Positions 17,509-26,976 of a stretch of DNA of 53,736 nucleotides are shown here, one piece after another. Origin of the DNA: a virus (taxonomy: Duplodnaviria; Caudoviricetes); the IMG/VR virus record IMGVR_UViG_3300045005_000056, positions 1 to 53,736 of that record. One strand, written 5' to 3'. The position numbers were made by a program, and so were the translations under genes. Position 1 is the stretch's first letter. Every line of letters starts with the position of its first letter. Under the pieces are notes generated by a model, which had not been told where the DNA came from, did no database searches, and saw only the letters and a list, made by a program, of their open reading frames with translations.

Positions 17509-19029
17509 ATGGCACTACCCGTAGCAGTCGCACCGTCGGTCAAGTCACCGGGCCTTGCGCTCGTCGTCAATCTGCGCGCAGGCGCCGCGAGCCCTGGCAC
17601 GACCGGAAAAAAAGCGCTGATCATCGCCGTCCGGTCGGCGGCCGGCACGATCACGCCGAACACGCAGATCGTCGAAGGCGTCGCTGGGGAAGCCGACGTC
17701 GCCACGTTCCTCGGTGCTGGCAGCCCAGGCCACCTTGCAGCGAAGCGGCTGTTCGAGGAGTACGGCATCGCCGCTGTCGACCTCGTTAGTCCTGCCGATC
17801 CCGCAGGCGCTTCCGCCGTCGGCACCATCACATTCGCTGGCGGCCCGCCAACATCCGACCGAACCGCGAACGCGTTCATCTGCGGCCGGCAGATCAGCGT
17901 GATCTGGAAAGCCGGCGAAACCGACACCGCCGGCGCGCTGAAGATGCAGCAAGCGATCGCAGCGCAGACGAACGACCTGCCCGTCACCGCCACCGTGATG
18001 GCCGGCGTGATCACGTTGACATTCAAGACGACCGGAACGATCGGCAACGACGTCCGTCTGCGAACGACCGTAATCGGCGGCGCAGGCGGCACCGTCACGG
18101 CTTCAGGCTCAACGCTCGCCGGCGGCATGGGCGAAGAGAGCTACACGACTGCAATCACGACGATCGTTGGAAAGGAGTACGACATCATCGTTCCGTGCGT
18201 CGGAAACACGGCAGCAACTGTCGCATCGACTACGCAACAAGTCGGCAGCATTCGCTCAGACATCAACACGCGCGCGAGCGGCTTCACGGCGAAGCTCCAG
18301 CAAGCCGTCGTTGGAGTCACCGGCAGCTTGACCGCGGCGAAGGTCGGCACTGACACGCACAACTTCGAGCGTATGCAATACGCTCACTGCCTGAACGGCG
18401 AATCGCTGCCGTGCGAATTCGGCGGCGCCGAAGCCGGCGCTCGTTTGCGCGAAGAAACGAAGGACCCGGCCGCGAACCGGATCGAGCTCGAATACAAGGC
18501 GCAGCTTTTCGGCTCGTCGGACATCTCGGCTGATGAGCCGACCGAAGCCGAGGTCGAGGACGCGCTCACTCACGGCGTGACGATCCTGAAGTACAACGCG
18601 TCCAAACAGCTCATGCCGAGCCGACCGATCACGACGTACTGGAAGGACGCCGCCGGCAACCCCGACGACCGCGTGCTCGACACGTCGCGCGTCACCGGCA
18701 CGGATGCCGTCGCTAAGGATCTGCGCGTCAACCTGCCGCGCGAGTTCAAGGGCGCGAAGCTGTCGAAAGATCTTCTACCCGGCCAAGACGAGCCGCCGGA
18801 AGGGGTCGTGCAAGAGAAGGACGTCAAGGCGTTCGTCGACACGCGCGTCCGCTTCTTCATCTCGCGCGGCGTCGTGCGCGCCGACAAGTATGCCGATGCG
18901 CTCGCGAACGGCACGTTCATCGTCAAGGTCGATCCGACCGACTCGGCGCAGCTCGACATCGTGTTGCCGGTGACCATCTTTCCGCCGCTTGCCAAGATCT
19001 CACTGGTCGTGCAACACAAAGCTGCATGA
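17509..19029 (+). CDS. Contractile tail sheath (Mu gpL-like)
   Basis: 506 aa; GAGSPGHL, DLPVTA, ALTHGVT, RPITTY. Confidence 0.92.
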   Translation: MALPVAVAPSVKSPGLALVVNLRAGAASPGTTGKKALIIAVRSAAGTITPNTQIVEGVAGEADVATFLGAGSPGHLAAKRLFEEYGIAAVDLVSPADPAGASAVGTITFAGGPPTSDRTANAFICGRQISVIWKAGETDTAGALKMQQAIAAQTNDLPVTATVMAGVITLTFKTTGTIGNDVRLRTTVIGGAGGTVTASGSTLAGGMGEESYTTAITTIVGKEYDIIVPCVGNTAATVASTTQQVGSIRSDINTRASGFTAKLQQAVVGVTGSLTAAKVGTDTHNFERMQYAHCLNGESLPCEFGGAEAGARLREETKDPAANRIELEYKAQLFGSSDISADEPTEAEVEDALTHGVTILKYNASKQLMPSRPITTYWKDAAGNPDDRVLDTSRVTGTDAVAKDLRVNLPREFKGAKLSKDLLPGQDEPPEGVVQEKDVKAFVDTRVRFFISRGVVRADKYADALANGTFIVKVDPTDSAQLDIVLPVTIFPPLAKISLVVQHKAA

Positions 19030-19097
19030 TGAAACAACCGCGCCCCGCGACGCGTCAACGTCCGGGGCGCATGGTCAGCCTGCAAAGGAGGCTAACG

Positions 19098-19548
19098 ATG
19101 CGAAGGATACCATCCGAGAGATTTTGGTCGAAGATTCAAAAAAAGACGGCATGCTTGGAATGGCAAGGTTCGCGCGACAAGGAAGGGTACGGAGGCTTTT
19201 GGAACGGCATCACACAGCGCGCGCATCGATACTCGTGGGAGCTGCATCACGGCCCGATCCCTCACGGGATGAGTGTCCTTCACACATGCGACAATCCGTC
19301 ATGCGTGCGACCCGATCATCTCTATCTCGGCACCCAACTCGACAACATGCGATCGATCGGCACGCGACCGTCATCCGCGCGGAATGCGCTCTCGCGCTGC
19401 GAAACTTTCCGACGAAGACATTCAGCAAATTCGATCCGAAGCGGCCACTGGAGCCAGAGGTACGCAGAGGAGACTCGCCCGATAGTTTGGTGTGACGGAA
19501 ACGCTCATCGGGCTTATCGTGAAGCGACGAATCTGGAAGCACATCTGA
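19098..19548 (+). pseudogene. HNH homing endonuclease, frameshifted and with a premature stop
   Basis: RFWSKI, AHRYSWE, VLHTCDNPSCVRPDHLYLGT..DNM; the C-terminal HTH (AKLSDEDIQQIR...RLAR*FGVTETLI..IVKRRIWKHI) is in another frame with TAG at 19483. Confidence 0.85.
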
Positions 19549-19560
19549 AGGAGTCATCTC

Positions 19561-19935
19561 ATGGCTGAAGGAGAATTGCGGCGTTACCCTCGAGGTCAAC
19601 TCAGCTTCGGGCCAGGCGATCTGACGCAGGCCGAGACGGTGCGCGTCACGTCGACGAACAACGGCAAGCTGAAGCACACGCTGAAGCGCTCGCCGAGCGG
19701 TCGCGTTCTCGGCACACGCGAGCTGACGTTCACATTCGACGTCATCGTCGACGAAGATGGCCCCGAGCGCGAATACTTCGACCGTGTCCGCAACGGTTCC
19801 GAGGTGTCGATGCGCCTGAAAATCCCGACCATCACGCGCAACATCATCGGCATGCTCACTTCGATCGATGTCGAAGTGCCGCTCGACGATGCCGTCAAGC
19901 TCACCGTGTCTGGCATCGGGAAGTGGTCGGAGTAG
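19561..19935 (+). CDS. Tail tube protein
   Basis: AAGGAG SD, 124 aa beta-rich, follows sheath. Confidence 0.8.
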   Translation: MAEGELRRYPRGQLSFGPGDLTQAETVRVTSTNNGKLKHTLKRSPSGRVLGTRELTFTFDVIVDEDGPEREYFDRVRNGSEVSMRLKIPTITRNIIGMLTSIDVEVPLDDAVKLTVSGIGKWSE

Positions 19936-19970
19936 GATTTCTGGGAGCTAGTTGGTTTCACGGATCCACC

Positions 19971-20009
19971 AAGCGGCGCCGGATGCCACCATTCGGCGCC
20001 GCTTCTTTT
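19971..20009 (+). terminator. Intrinsic terminator
   Basis: AAGCGGCGCCGGATG-CCAC-CATTCGGCGCCGCTT followed by CTTTT. Confidence 0.85.
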
Positions 20010-20025
20010 CGTGTAGGCTCGCAGC

Positions 20026-20682
20026 ATGCACGACGACGAAAGAGGTGAACCGAAGCGCCGCGAGGCGCCACCGGAGTGGAAGCCGATCAGCGCAGCGGGC
20101 CGATGGTTCGCTAACAAGGACGCTGCCGCGCTCGACATGCTCGAACGCGACGGGCGCTTCTACTATGACGACTGCGTCGAGCGCGTCGAGCCTGGCACCG
20201 GCGAGCGCAAGGAAATCCGTGTTCGCGTAGGCGCGCCTACGCATCACGAGAAGATGAAGGCGCGCATCGACGCTCTCGACATCGTGAAGCGGCTCGCGAA
20301 GCTGTCGTCGCGACCGACGATGGAGGAAGCCGAGAAATTGATCGGCTCGGGCTACTTCGACCAAGTCGACACCATCTGCCTGCTCGCACGCTGCATCCGC
20401 GACCACGACGACCCGGCGCATCAGTACATGACGCCGGAGGACCTCGACCACTACCACTCGGCAGGCAGCCTTAGCGCGCTTTGGGAGCGGCTGAACTGGT
20501 ACGCGAACCGCGAAGATCCGCAGCTCGAAGAGGTCGACGAGACGACGTTCTGGGACATGCTGCGCGCGATCGACAAGAGGCGCGACTGCTCCCCTTTACT
20601 CGTTATCGCTGGGCGCGCGCGGGACACCTTCATAGTTTCTATGGCGTCCCGGCTTCTCAGCTCAGCGATGCCCAAGTCATGA
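20026..20682 (+). CDS. Tail assembly chaperone; -1 frameshift product would extend to 20798
   Basis: Between tube and tape measure; slippery C CCT TTA at 20592-20598. Confidence 0.75.
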   Translation: MHDDERGEPKRREAPPEWKPISAAGRWFANKDAAALDMLERDGRFYYDDCVERVEPGTGERKEIRVRVGAPTHHEKMKARIDALDIVKRLAKLSSRPTMEEAEKLIGSGYFDQVDTICLLARCIRDHDDPAHQYMTPEDLDHYHSAGSLSALWERLNWYANREDPQLEEVDETTFWDMLRAIDKRRDCSPLLVIAGRARDTFIVSMASRLLSSAMPKS

Positions 20683-20810
20683 TGGCGCTGCACCGCGACG
20701 TCGATGCCGGAACGTTCCCGCAAGAGGTCTACGATCACATGTTCGGCGAACGTTGGTCGAAGAAGGTCGAGCGTGCCAACCGCGCGGCCAGCCGGTAAGC
20801 TCGCCGTGAG

Positions 20811-22880
20811 ATGGCCGAGAGACAAGCCACCGTACGGCTCGACGTAAAAGGTGACGGCTTCCGCCGCGGCATTAAGCAGGCCGAAGGCGAAGTCGCGAAG
20901 AGCGCCAAGACGATGGGCTCTGCGCTCAGCTCGGCGCTATCCGACGGCGTCAAGGGCGGCCTCAGCGCCGTACAAGGCATGCTCTCGAAGATCAAGAGCG
21001 GCCTCGCTTCGCTGTCTGGCATCGCCGGCGGTATCGGCTTCGCCGGGCTCGTAAAGACCGCCATCGATGCCGAGACGCAATTCCGCCGCCTCGGCTACAC
21101 GCTGAAGGCTGTCGCCGGCGCGGAGGGCGCAGCATCGATCGACAAGGTCAAGATCAAGATCAAGGAGATGGCGAACGCGTCCGGCAAGTCGACCGAGGAG
21201 GTCACGGCAGCCTTCGAGAATCTTCTCGGCAAATCCGGCGATCTCGACTTCACCTCGAAGGCCATGCAGGCGGTCGCCGACGCATCCGACTACACCGGGT
21301 CGAGCATGGATTCGCTGGTCGACATCGCTGATGGCCTCAACGGAGCATTCGGAATGACGGGCGACCAAGCGGCGAACGCGCTCGCACACGTGGCCAGGAT
21401 GAGCAAGGGCAGCGGCGTCAGCGTCGAGGAGTTCGGGCAAAAACTGGAGATGGTCGGCGCGACCGCAGTTCAAGCAGGCATGGCCGGAGAACAAGGCTTC
21501 AAAAACACGACCGCGCTGCTCGCGATGGCGGCCGACAAGGCCGGTGGAATGAAGAAGGGCTTCACTGGCCTACAGGGCATGCTCGACGCGCTCGCGACGC
21601 AGGCTGGGCGAAAGGGCGTGCTAGGCAAGGTCGGCATCACAGCGGAGTCGAAAGACGCGCTCGAAGCGATTCGTGCGCTGATCAAAAAGACCGGCGGGGA
21701 TCGGCAGAAGCTCGAAGCTGCGCTCGGTGAGAAAGAAGGCAAGCTGTTGTCAGCGATGGCGCAAGGCGGATTGACCGAGTTCAACGCTGCGCTCGACGCA
21801 GCCGCGAAGAAGACGATGACTGCTGCCGAGTTGCGCGCAGCCGTCAACGTCGATGACCCGGCGAAGAACATCAATCGCGCGCTGAACATGCTCAAGGACG
21901 CGTTCCAGAAACCGGAGATGATGTCGGCTGTCGCCAAGCTCGCTGAGGCGTTGCCGCCGCTTGCCGATGCCGTCGGCAAAGCGCTGGAGTTCATCACGAA
22001 GAACCCACTCACCGCCGGCGCGGGCTTGCTCGCGACGACGTTCGCGAAAGGCGGACTCGAAGCGATGCTCTTGTCAGCGTTCAGCAAAGGTGGCGATGAC
22101 GCAGCTGGCAAGATCGCCGGCGGCATGAGCAAGGGCGCAGGCGTATTCTCGGGAAGTTTTGGTATCGCCGCCGCGCTCGCTGCCGCATCGATCGGCGCAG
22201 CTATCGAACAAGGCTCAAAGCTGTGGAAGGAATGGAAGGAGCACGGAGAGGAGCAGAAGGGTCGACAGAAGGACTTGCTCGAAAACGCCGAGAAACAGGG
22301 CAAGAAACGCGTTGTGCTCGAACAGCATGAGCGCGACAAGGCGAGCGCGACGACGGCGCAAGACCTCTTCCCGAAGCTATTCGGCCTGACCGGACGCGAG
22401 ATCATCGAGCGCGATCGCGAAGGCAACGTGCGCTCGCGTCGCGAGACGATTGCCGAGCGCGAGCTTGCCGAAGCTGGGCCGATGACCGTCGCGATGTCGA
22501 GCAGCGACCAAGAAGCGATGCGGCTGCAAGGCGCCGTCGCCGATCAGCTAGAAGCCATAAAGAATCGGTTCGGCTTTGCGCATCAAGAGTCTCTGGGCGT
22601 GGAAACGGCCGGTGCTCAGCGCGCGATCATGCGTGCGGAGTCCGATCTCGGTCGACCGCTCACGAAGGAAGAAGGCGCGATGGTCGGCAAGGGCATGACG
22701 CCCGATGCGCTCGCCCAACTCGGCAAGTCGATCGACACGAGTCCGCTGAAGGTTGGCAAGGAGGTCGCGGCGTCGATTCAGAACGCGCAGCTGAAGGTGC
22801 GCATTGAGAACCTTTCAGAATTGGCGCCGCTTATCAACGCGGGCCCAGCGCCAGGCAACATCCCGCGTCCACCCATGTAG
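20811..22880 (+). CDS. Tape measure protein
   Basis: 689 aa, Ala/Gly/Lys-rich helical; position. Confidence 0.9.
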   Translation: MAERQATVRLDVKGDGFRRGIKQAEGEVAKSAKTMGSALSSALSDGVKGGLSAVQGMLSKIKSGLASLSGIAGGIGFAGLVKTAIDAETQFRRLGYTLKAVAGAEGAASIDKVKIKIKEMANASGKSTEEVTAAFENLLGKSGDLDFTSKAMQAVADASDYTGSSMDSLVDIADGLNGAFGMTGDQAANALAHVARMSKGSGVSVEEFGQKLEMVGATAVQAGMAGEQGFKNTTALLAMAADKAGGMKKGFTGLQGMLDALATQAGRKGVLGKVGITAESKDALEAIRALIKKTGGDRQKLEAALGEKEGKLLSAMAQGGLTEFNAALDAAAKKTMTAAELRAAVNVDDPAKNINRALNMLKDAFQKPEMMSAVAKLAEALPPLADAVGKALEFITKNPLTAGAGLLATTFAKGGLEAMLLSAFSKGGDDAAGKIAGGMSKGAGVFSGSFGIAAALAAASIGAAIEQGSKLWKEWKEHGEEQKGRQKDLLENAEKQGKKRVVLEQHERDKASATTAQDLFPKLFGLTGREIIERDREGNVRSRRETIAERELAEAGPMTVAMSSSDQEAMRLQGAVADQLEAIKNRFGFAHQESLGVETAGAQRAIMRAESDLGRPLTKEEGAMVGKGMTPDALAQLGKSIDTSPLKVGKEVAASIQNAQLKVRIENLSELAPLINAGPAPGNIPRPPM

Positions 22881-22894
22881 GTCAGGAGCATTCG

Positions 22895-23848
22895 ATGGCC
22901 GAGGAAATCTTCGAGCTGTATCCCACGGCGAAGTGGGAGGTGCCTGGCAAGCCGGCGATCACGTTTCCAGTCGTCGCGCTCCGCGAGAACTTTGCTAACC
23001 GCATCGTGCCGCACAAGCGCGTTTATCGCGACGGCGCGCGGCTTGATGACACTGGTAGCGAGGCTACCGAGTGGAGCATCACGGCGGACTTCTACAACTC
23101 GGCCGACCACGAACAAGATGTCGACGGCCCGAACCTCTACCCGACCGTGCTCAACAAGCTCTGCGACTCGTTCACCGTTCACGAAACCGGAACGCTGACG
23201 GTGCCGACGCGCGGGCCGCGCCGCTGCCGCGCGCAGCGCTATGCACGCACCGAAGACGCTGAGAACCGCGACTTCGCTCGCGTCGAGTTCTCGTGGCTCG
23301 AAGACAACGAAGACGACGCATCGCAAGCGGCGTTCGCGGCGCCGAACGCGAGCGCGATCGTGAAGAAGCTCGGCGCCGACATGGTGAAAGCAGCGCAGCT
23401 TGACGGCGCGTCGTCACTGAACATGGCGCAGATCAACGAGTTCGTCGCTTCGCTCGAAGCGCTGGCGAACGCGCCTGGTGAGTTCGTCGCCGATCTAGAA
23501 AGTGTCGGCGACCTGGTCGTCGGCGCCATCATCCGGCTCGAGCGCGCGTTCGCGAACACAACCGACCCAGAGCAGAACGAAACGGCTCGCCTGCTTGCCG
23601 AGCCACCGGCGTCGCGTGCGCTCGAGCTCATGTATGAACTCGCCGACGCGTCGAAGCGCATCGCCGGCGAGCGCGTGAAGTCGAATGGCCCTAAGCTCAT
23701 CACACGCACATTCAACCGCGACCTGTCGCTGTTCGATATCGCGACCGAAGTCGGCCAATCAGCGTCCGATCTAATGGCGCTGAACCCGTCGCTTGACGCG
23801 TTTCATGTCCCGGCCGGAACGTCGGTCGTGATGCACGAAAGCTCGTGA
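22895..23848 (+). CDS. Mu gpN-like DNA circularisation / tube initiator protein with C-terminal LysM-like region
   Basis: RIVPH..VYRDGA..DDTG, GTLTVPTRG; DLMALNP....VPAGT. Confidence 0.85.
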   Translation: MAEEIFELYPTAKWEVPGKPAITFPVVALRENFANRIVPHKRVYRDGARLDDTGSEATEWSITADFYNSADHEQDVDGPNLYPTVLNKLCDSFTVHETGTLTVPTRGPRRCRAQRYARTEDAENRDFARVEFSWLEDNEDDASQAAFAAPNASAIVKKLGADMVKAAQLDGASSLNMAQINEFVASLEALANAPGEFVADLESVGDLVVGAIIRLERAFANTTDPEQNETARLLAEPPASRALELMYELADASKRIAGERVKSNGPKLITRTFNRDLSLFDIATEVGQSASDLMALNPSLDAFHVPAGTSVVMHESS

Positions 23849-24978
23849 TGGCCACGCGTCGACCAGACAAGATCGAAGTGAGCCTCGACGACGCGCTGTT
23901 CGACGGATTCGAGTCGCTTCAGATTACGAACGGCATCTCGGACCCTACCGAAGCGACGATGACGATCGGCGATGACGGCTCGTATGAAGACCTTCGCGAC
24001 CTGATCGCTCCTGGCGAAACCGTCACGGTACGGCTGAACGGTAAGCCGCGCCTCAAGGGTCGCGCGGAGGTGAACGAGATTCCTGTCGAAGCAGGCGGCA
24101 CGGTGATCCAGCTGACGGTTCGGACGCGCATGGCGGACGCGCGGTACAGCTCCGCGCCGCTTGGCGTGAAGGTCGAGAATACGACGCTGAAGCAGTTCGT
24201 GCTCGATTGCTATGCGCCGCTCGGTTACAAGGCCACGGACTTCGATTTCTCGCCAGCGACTGCGCGCGACATGCTCACCGGCAAAGGCGGTCCTGCTGGC
24301 GACACGTTTCTGCTCGACGCGATCAAGCCAGACCAGGCGAAGGTCAACCCCGGCGACACGATATTCGACGCCGTCGATCGTCACCTGCGCCGGCACTCGA
24401 TGTCGCACTGGGAACGCGCCGACGGCTCAATCGTCGTCGGCGCACCGAATGACGCGCAAGATCCGACGTTCCGGCTTCAGAGCCGACGCGGCCCCGACAG
24501 CAAAGGGAACAACGTCTTGATGCTGCGGCGTGTGATCGATTGGTCGGAGATCACTGCGAAGGTCGTTGTGTTCGGCCAGACGACCGGCAAAGACGTCGCA
24601 AAGAGCTCGATTCAGGGCGTGGCGCTCGACACGGAGATCGCCGCCATCTCGAACCTGAACAATCAGTTCACACGCGTTGCTGTGATCCAAGACCAGCAGA
24701 TCAAGAACCTCGATCAAGCGAACCGCAAGGCTCAGCGCGAGTTATCGATGCGGCACCGGCGAAAGGATGCGTGGGAAGCGACGGTAGATGGCTGGACGTA
24801 CTGGAACGGCAGCGAACAAATCCCGTGGGCACCAGACGCGACCGCTGACATTCACAGCGACGTGCATGGCGGCGCACTTGGCCGACATCTCATTCATCGC
24901 GTGCGACTATCGCTCAGCTCGGGCGGCGCCGTCACGACGCAGCTAGCGCTCGTCGCGCCCGGCATCTGGAAGCTGTAG
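23845..24978 (+). CDS. Baseplate hub (Mu gpP/gp44-like)
   Basis: 377 aa; NPGDTIFD, VDGW......PW.PD; position. Confidence 0.82.
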   Translation: MMATRRPDKIEVSLDDALFDGFESLQITNGISDPTEATMTIGDDGSYEDLRDLIAPGETVTVRLNGKPRLKGRAEVNEIPVEAGGTVIQLTVRTRMADARYSSAPLGVKVENTTLKQFVLDCYAPLGYKATDFDFSPATARDMLTGKGGPAGDTFLLDAIKPDQAKVNPGDTIFDAVDRHLRRHSMSHWERADGSIVVGAPNDAQDPTFRLQSRRGPDSKGNNVLMLRRVIDWSEITAKVVVFGQTTGKDVAKSSIQGVALDTEIAAISNLNNQFTRVAVIQDQQIKNLDQANRKAQRELSMRHRRKDAWEATVDGWTYWNGSEQIPWAPDATADIHSDVHGGALGRHLIHRVRLSLSSGGAVTTQLALVAPGIWKL

Positions 24979-24988
24979 AATCGTCGGC

Positions 24989-25828
24989 ATGGGTTGGCTA
25001 ACAGACGTTGCGTTCGCTTTCGGCCGCGTCGTCGCAACAGCTGTCAGCGGAAGCCAACGCGCAGTTCTCGGAACGCTCCGACTGTTCGAGTCCAGCGAAA
25101 CGGACGCGAGCGCCGAAGAGTCGGCCGAGCCGCTATACGGCACGCCGGGCGTGTACTTCCGTCCGCGCGCAAGCGTCGCGGCAAGCGCTGCGACCGGCAA
25201 CAACCCCGCCGGCTACACGGAGGTCATCGGCTTCCGGCTCGATGATCGCGTCTACCCGCTCAGCTATCGCGACCTGCGGCTGAACGCGAAGGTCAACCCG
25301 GCTGAAGGCGAGCTCGGGCTCGTGCAATACCTCGGCGGCTTCGTCTCGATGCGCACGAATGCGACGGGCGACGGAACCGATGTCGTCATCTACACACCGC
25401 GCAACAACGCGAGCGGTGTCGCGACACGCGCGCATGCCATAAGCCTCGACACGAGCTCGGCGAACGAATCGATCGCGATCGTGCATGCGAACGGACACTC
25501 GATCACGATGAACAAGACCGGCTCGATCGTGTTGATGAACAAGGCCGGCAACGCGTTAGTCGAGGTGAAGGAGGACGGTTCCGTGCTCATCAACGCATCC
25601 GCGACGGTGTTCCCCGGTCAAGCGCAGTTCGGCACGCAGAACCCGGCCGACCCGGCGCTCGAGTTCGTCGCGCTCGCCACGAAAGTGCTGACCGAGCTGA
25701 ACAAGGTCAAGACCGCATTCGACGCACACGTGCACACGGCGCCGATGGGCGGCGGCGCGACAACGCCGCCGGCAGCACCAATGCCGTCGTTTGCTCCGGT
25801 CGCATCGACGACCGTAAAGGCGAAGTGA
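24989..25828 (+). CDS. Baseplate central spike (gp45/gpV-like)
   Basis: YGTPGVYFRP, C-terminal FDAHVH iron-binding HxH and T.PP. Confidence 0.82.
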   Translation: MGWLTDVAFAFGRVVATAVSGSQRAVLGTLRLFESSETDASAEESAEPLYGTPGVYFRPRASVAASAATGNNPAGYTEVIGFRLDDRVYPLSYRDLRLNAKVNPAEGELGLVQYLGGFVSMRTNATGDGTDVVIYTPRNNASGVATRAHAISLDTSSANESIAIVHANGHSITMNKTGSIVLMNKAGNALVEVKEDGSVLINASATVFPGQAQFGTQNPADPALEFVALATKVLTELNKVKTAFDAHVHTAPMGGGATTPPAAPMPSFAPVASTTVKAK

Positions 25829-26127
25829 GCAACTGCGCCTTCCCGCCGTTCGCGATACCCGGCTTCGCCTTACCGGCGTTGCCTAGTTTGCCATCGTTGC
25901 CGGCGATCCCCGCGCTGCCCGGAACGCCGCTTCCAGGGCTTCCCGCTTTGCCCGTTCCCGCGTTCGCCTTGCCATCGATTCCAGCGCTGCCGTCGCTGCC
26001 GTCGTTGCCAGGATTGCCCGGACTGCCAGCAATTCCAGCGTTGCCCATCCCAGCATTCGCGCTTCCCGCGCTACCATCGTTGCCAGCTCTTCCAGCATTG
26101 CCGTCGATCTCCTGCCCGCTCGACTAG
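25825..26127 (+). CDS. Proline-rich low-complexity protein (xLP repeats)
   Basis: GTGA-coupled to spike; MSNCAFP...(xLP)n...ISCPLD. Confidence 0.65.
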   Translation: MSNCAFPPFAIPGFALPALPSLPSLPAIPALPGTPLPGLPALPVPAFALPSIPALPSLPSLPGLPGLPAIPALPIPAFALPALPSLPALPALPSISCPLD

Positions 26128-26486
26128 CCCTTCGTTGTGCCGCGGCGCGCGTGACCCGAGTCGATCATCGCAGCGTTCAGCTCCGCGCGGTCCTCGGCAA
26201 CGATCACCCCGAGGTAGCGGCCGTACTTCTCGCGCTTGTCGCCGCCGGACATCAGCTTTTCGGTGTGCAGCAACGCGCGCGGGTGCGCGTCGAGCCATTG
26301 CTGAGCGAACACGCGGGCAGCCTCGCCCTCGACGCGCTTATCGCCGCTGAACAGCTCGGGCGCAGCCACGCCGAGCAGCCGCACCGTCGTCGAGAGCTGC
26401 ACACCGAAGCCGAGGTCGACGACGCACTTGACCGTATCGCCGTCGATGGCCTGAGCGCTGATGAGCCGATACCAATGCAGTTCCAC
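26124..26486 (-). CDS. Thermonuclease (SNase-like) family protein
   Basis: IDGDTV..VDLGF, VRLLGVAAPE, EKYGRYLG, LNAAMI..GHA. Confidence 0.9.
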   Translation of the reverse strand: MELHWYRLISAQAIDGDTVKCVVDLGFGVQLSTTVRLLGVAAPELFSGDKRVEGEAARVFAQQWLDAHPRALLHTEKLMSGGDKREKYGRYLGVIVAEDRAELNAAMIDSGHARRGTTKG

Positions 26487-26533
26487 GCGTCAAGGCTACA
26501 CCAGCCGCGCCACGCTGGTGTAGGCTCGTGCTC

Positions 26534-26971
26534 GTGCCTGACTACGTGATCCCTCCGGCTGGCGTCACCGCTGCGAGCTTCTTCGCGCCCGCCGCGTTCG
26601 CCGACCCAGCGCGCCCGCCCGTCTTGCTCGCAGACGATGTCGACGAGAAGACCGGCGACTGGCGCTCGCTGTTCTCGCGCGTGCATCCAGTTGACGCTGC
26701 GATCCGCGAGGCGTTCCGTCTCGAACGCGGCACCGGCGCTGCCGTTCAGAACGATGGGCACAAGTTTCGCGACATCAAAAAAGTCGGCCCCGACACCAGC
26801 CGGCAGCTCGAAGATGAAGTGCGCCGCATCCTCGCGCCGTTCGTCACGCGCAAAGACATCGAGATCACCACGATCTTGTCCGAAGCCGGCGTGACGAGCT
26901 ACGACCTTGGCGCCGTGTTCGTCGAATACACGAACCTCCACACGCGCAAGCAACAGAAGGTGGGAGGCTAA
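26534..26971 (+). CDS. Baseplate wedge protein (gp46/gpW-like)
   Basis: Position before J; VRRILAPFV, VEYTNL; start inferred from TAGGCT-N7-GTG. Confidence 0.7.
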   Translation: MPDYVIPPAGVTAASFFAPAAFADPARPPVLLADDVDEKTGDWRSLFSRVHPVDAAIREAFRLERGTGAAVQNDGHKFRDIKKVGPDTSRQLEDEVRRILAPFVTRKDIEITTILSEAGVTSYDLGAVFVEYTNLHTRKQQKVGG

Positions 26972-26976
26972 CGCCG

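Noticed and set aside
19026-19568. ORF-track 180-aa ORF as an intact HNH
   Set aside because: Its C-terminal part is out of frame; the real HTH tail lies in another frame with a stop.
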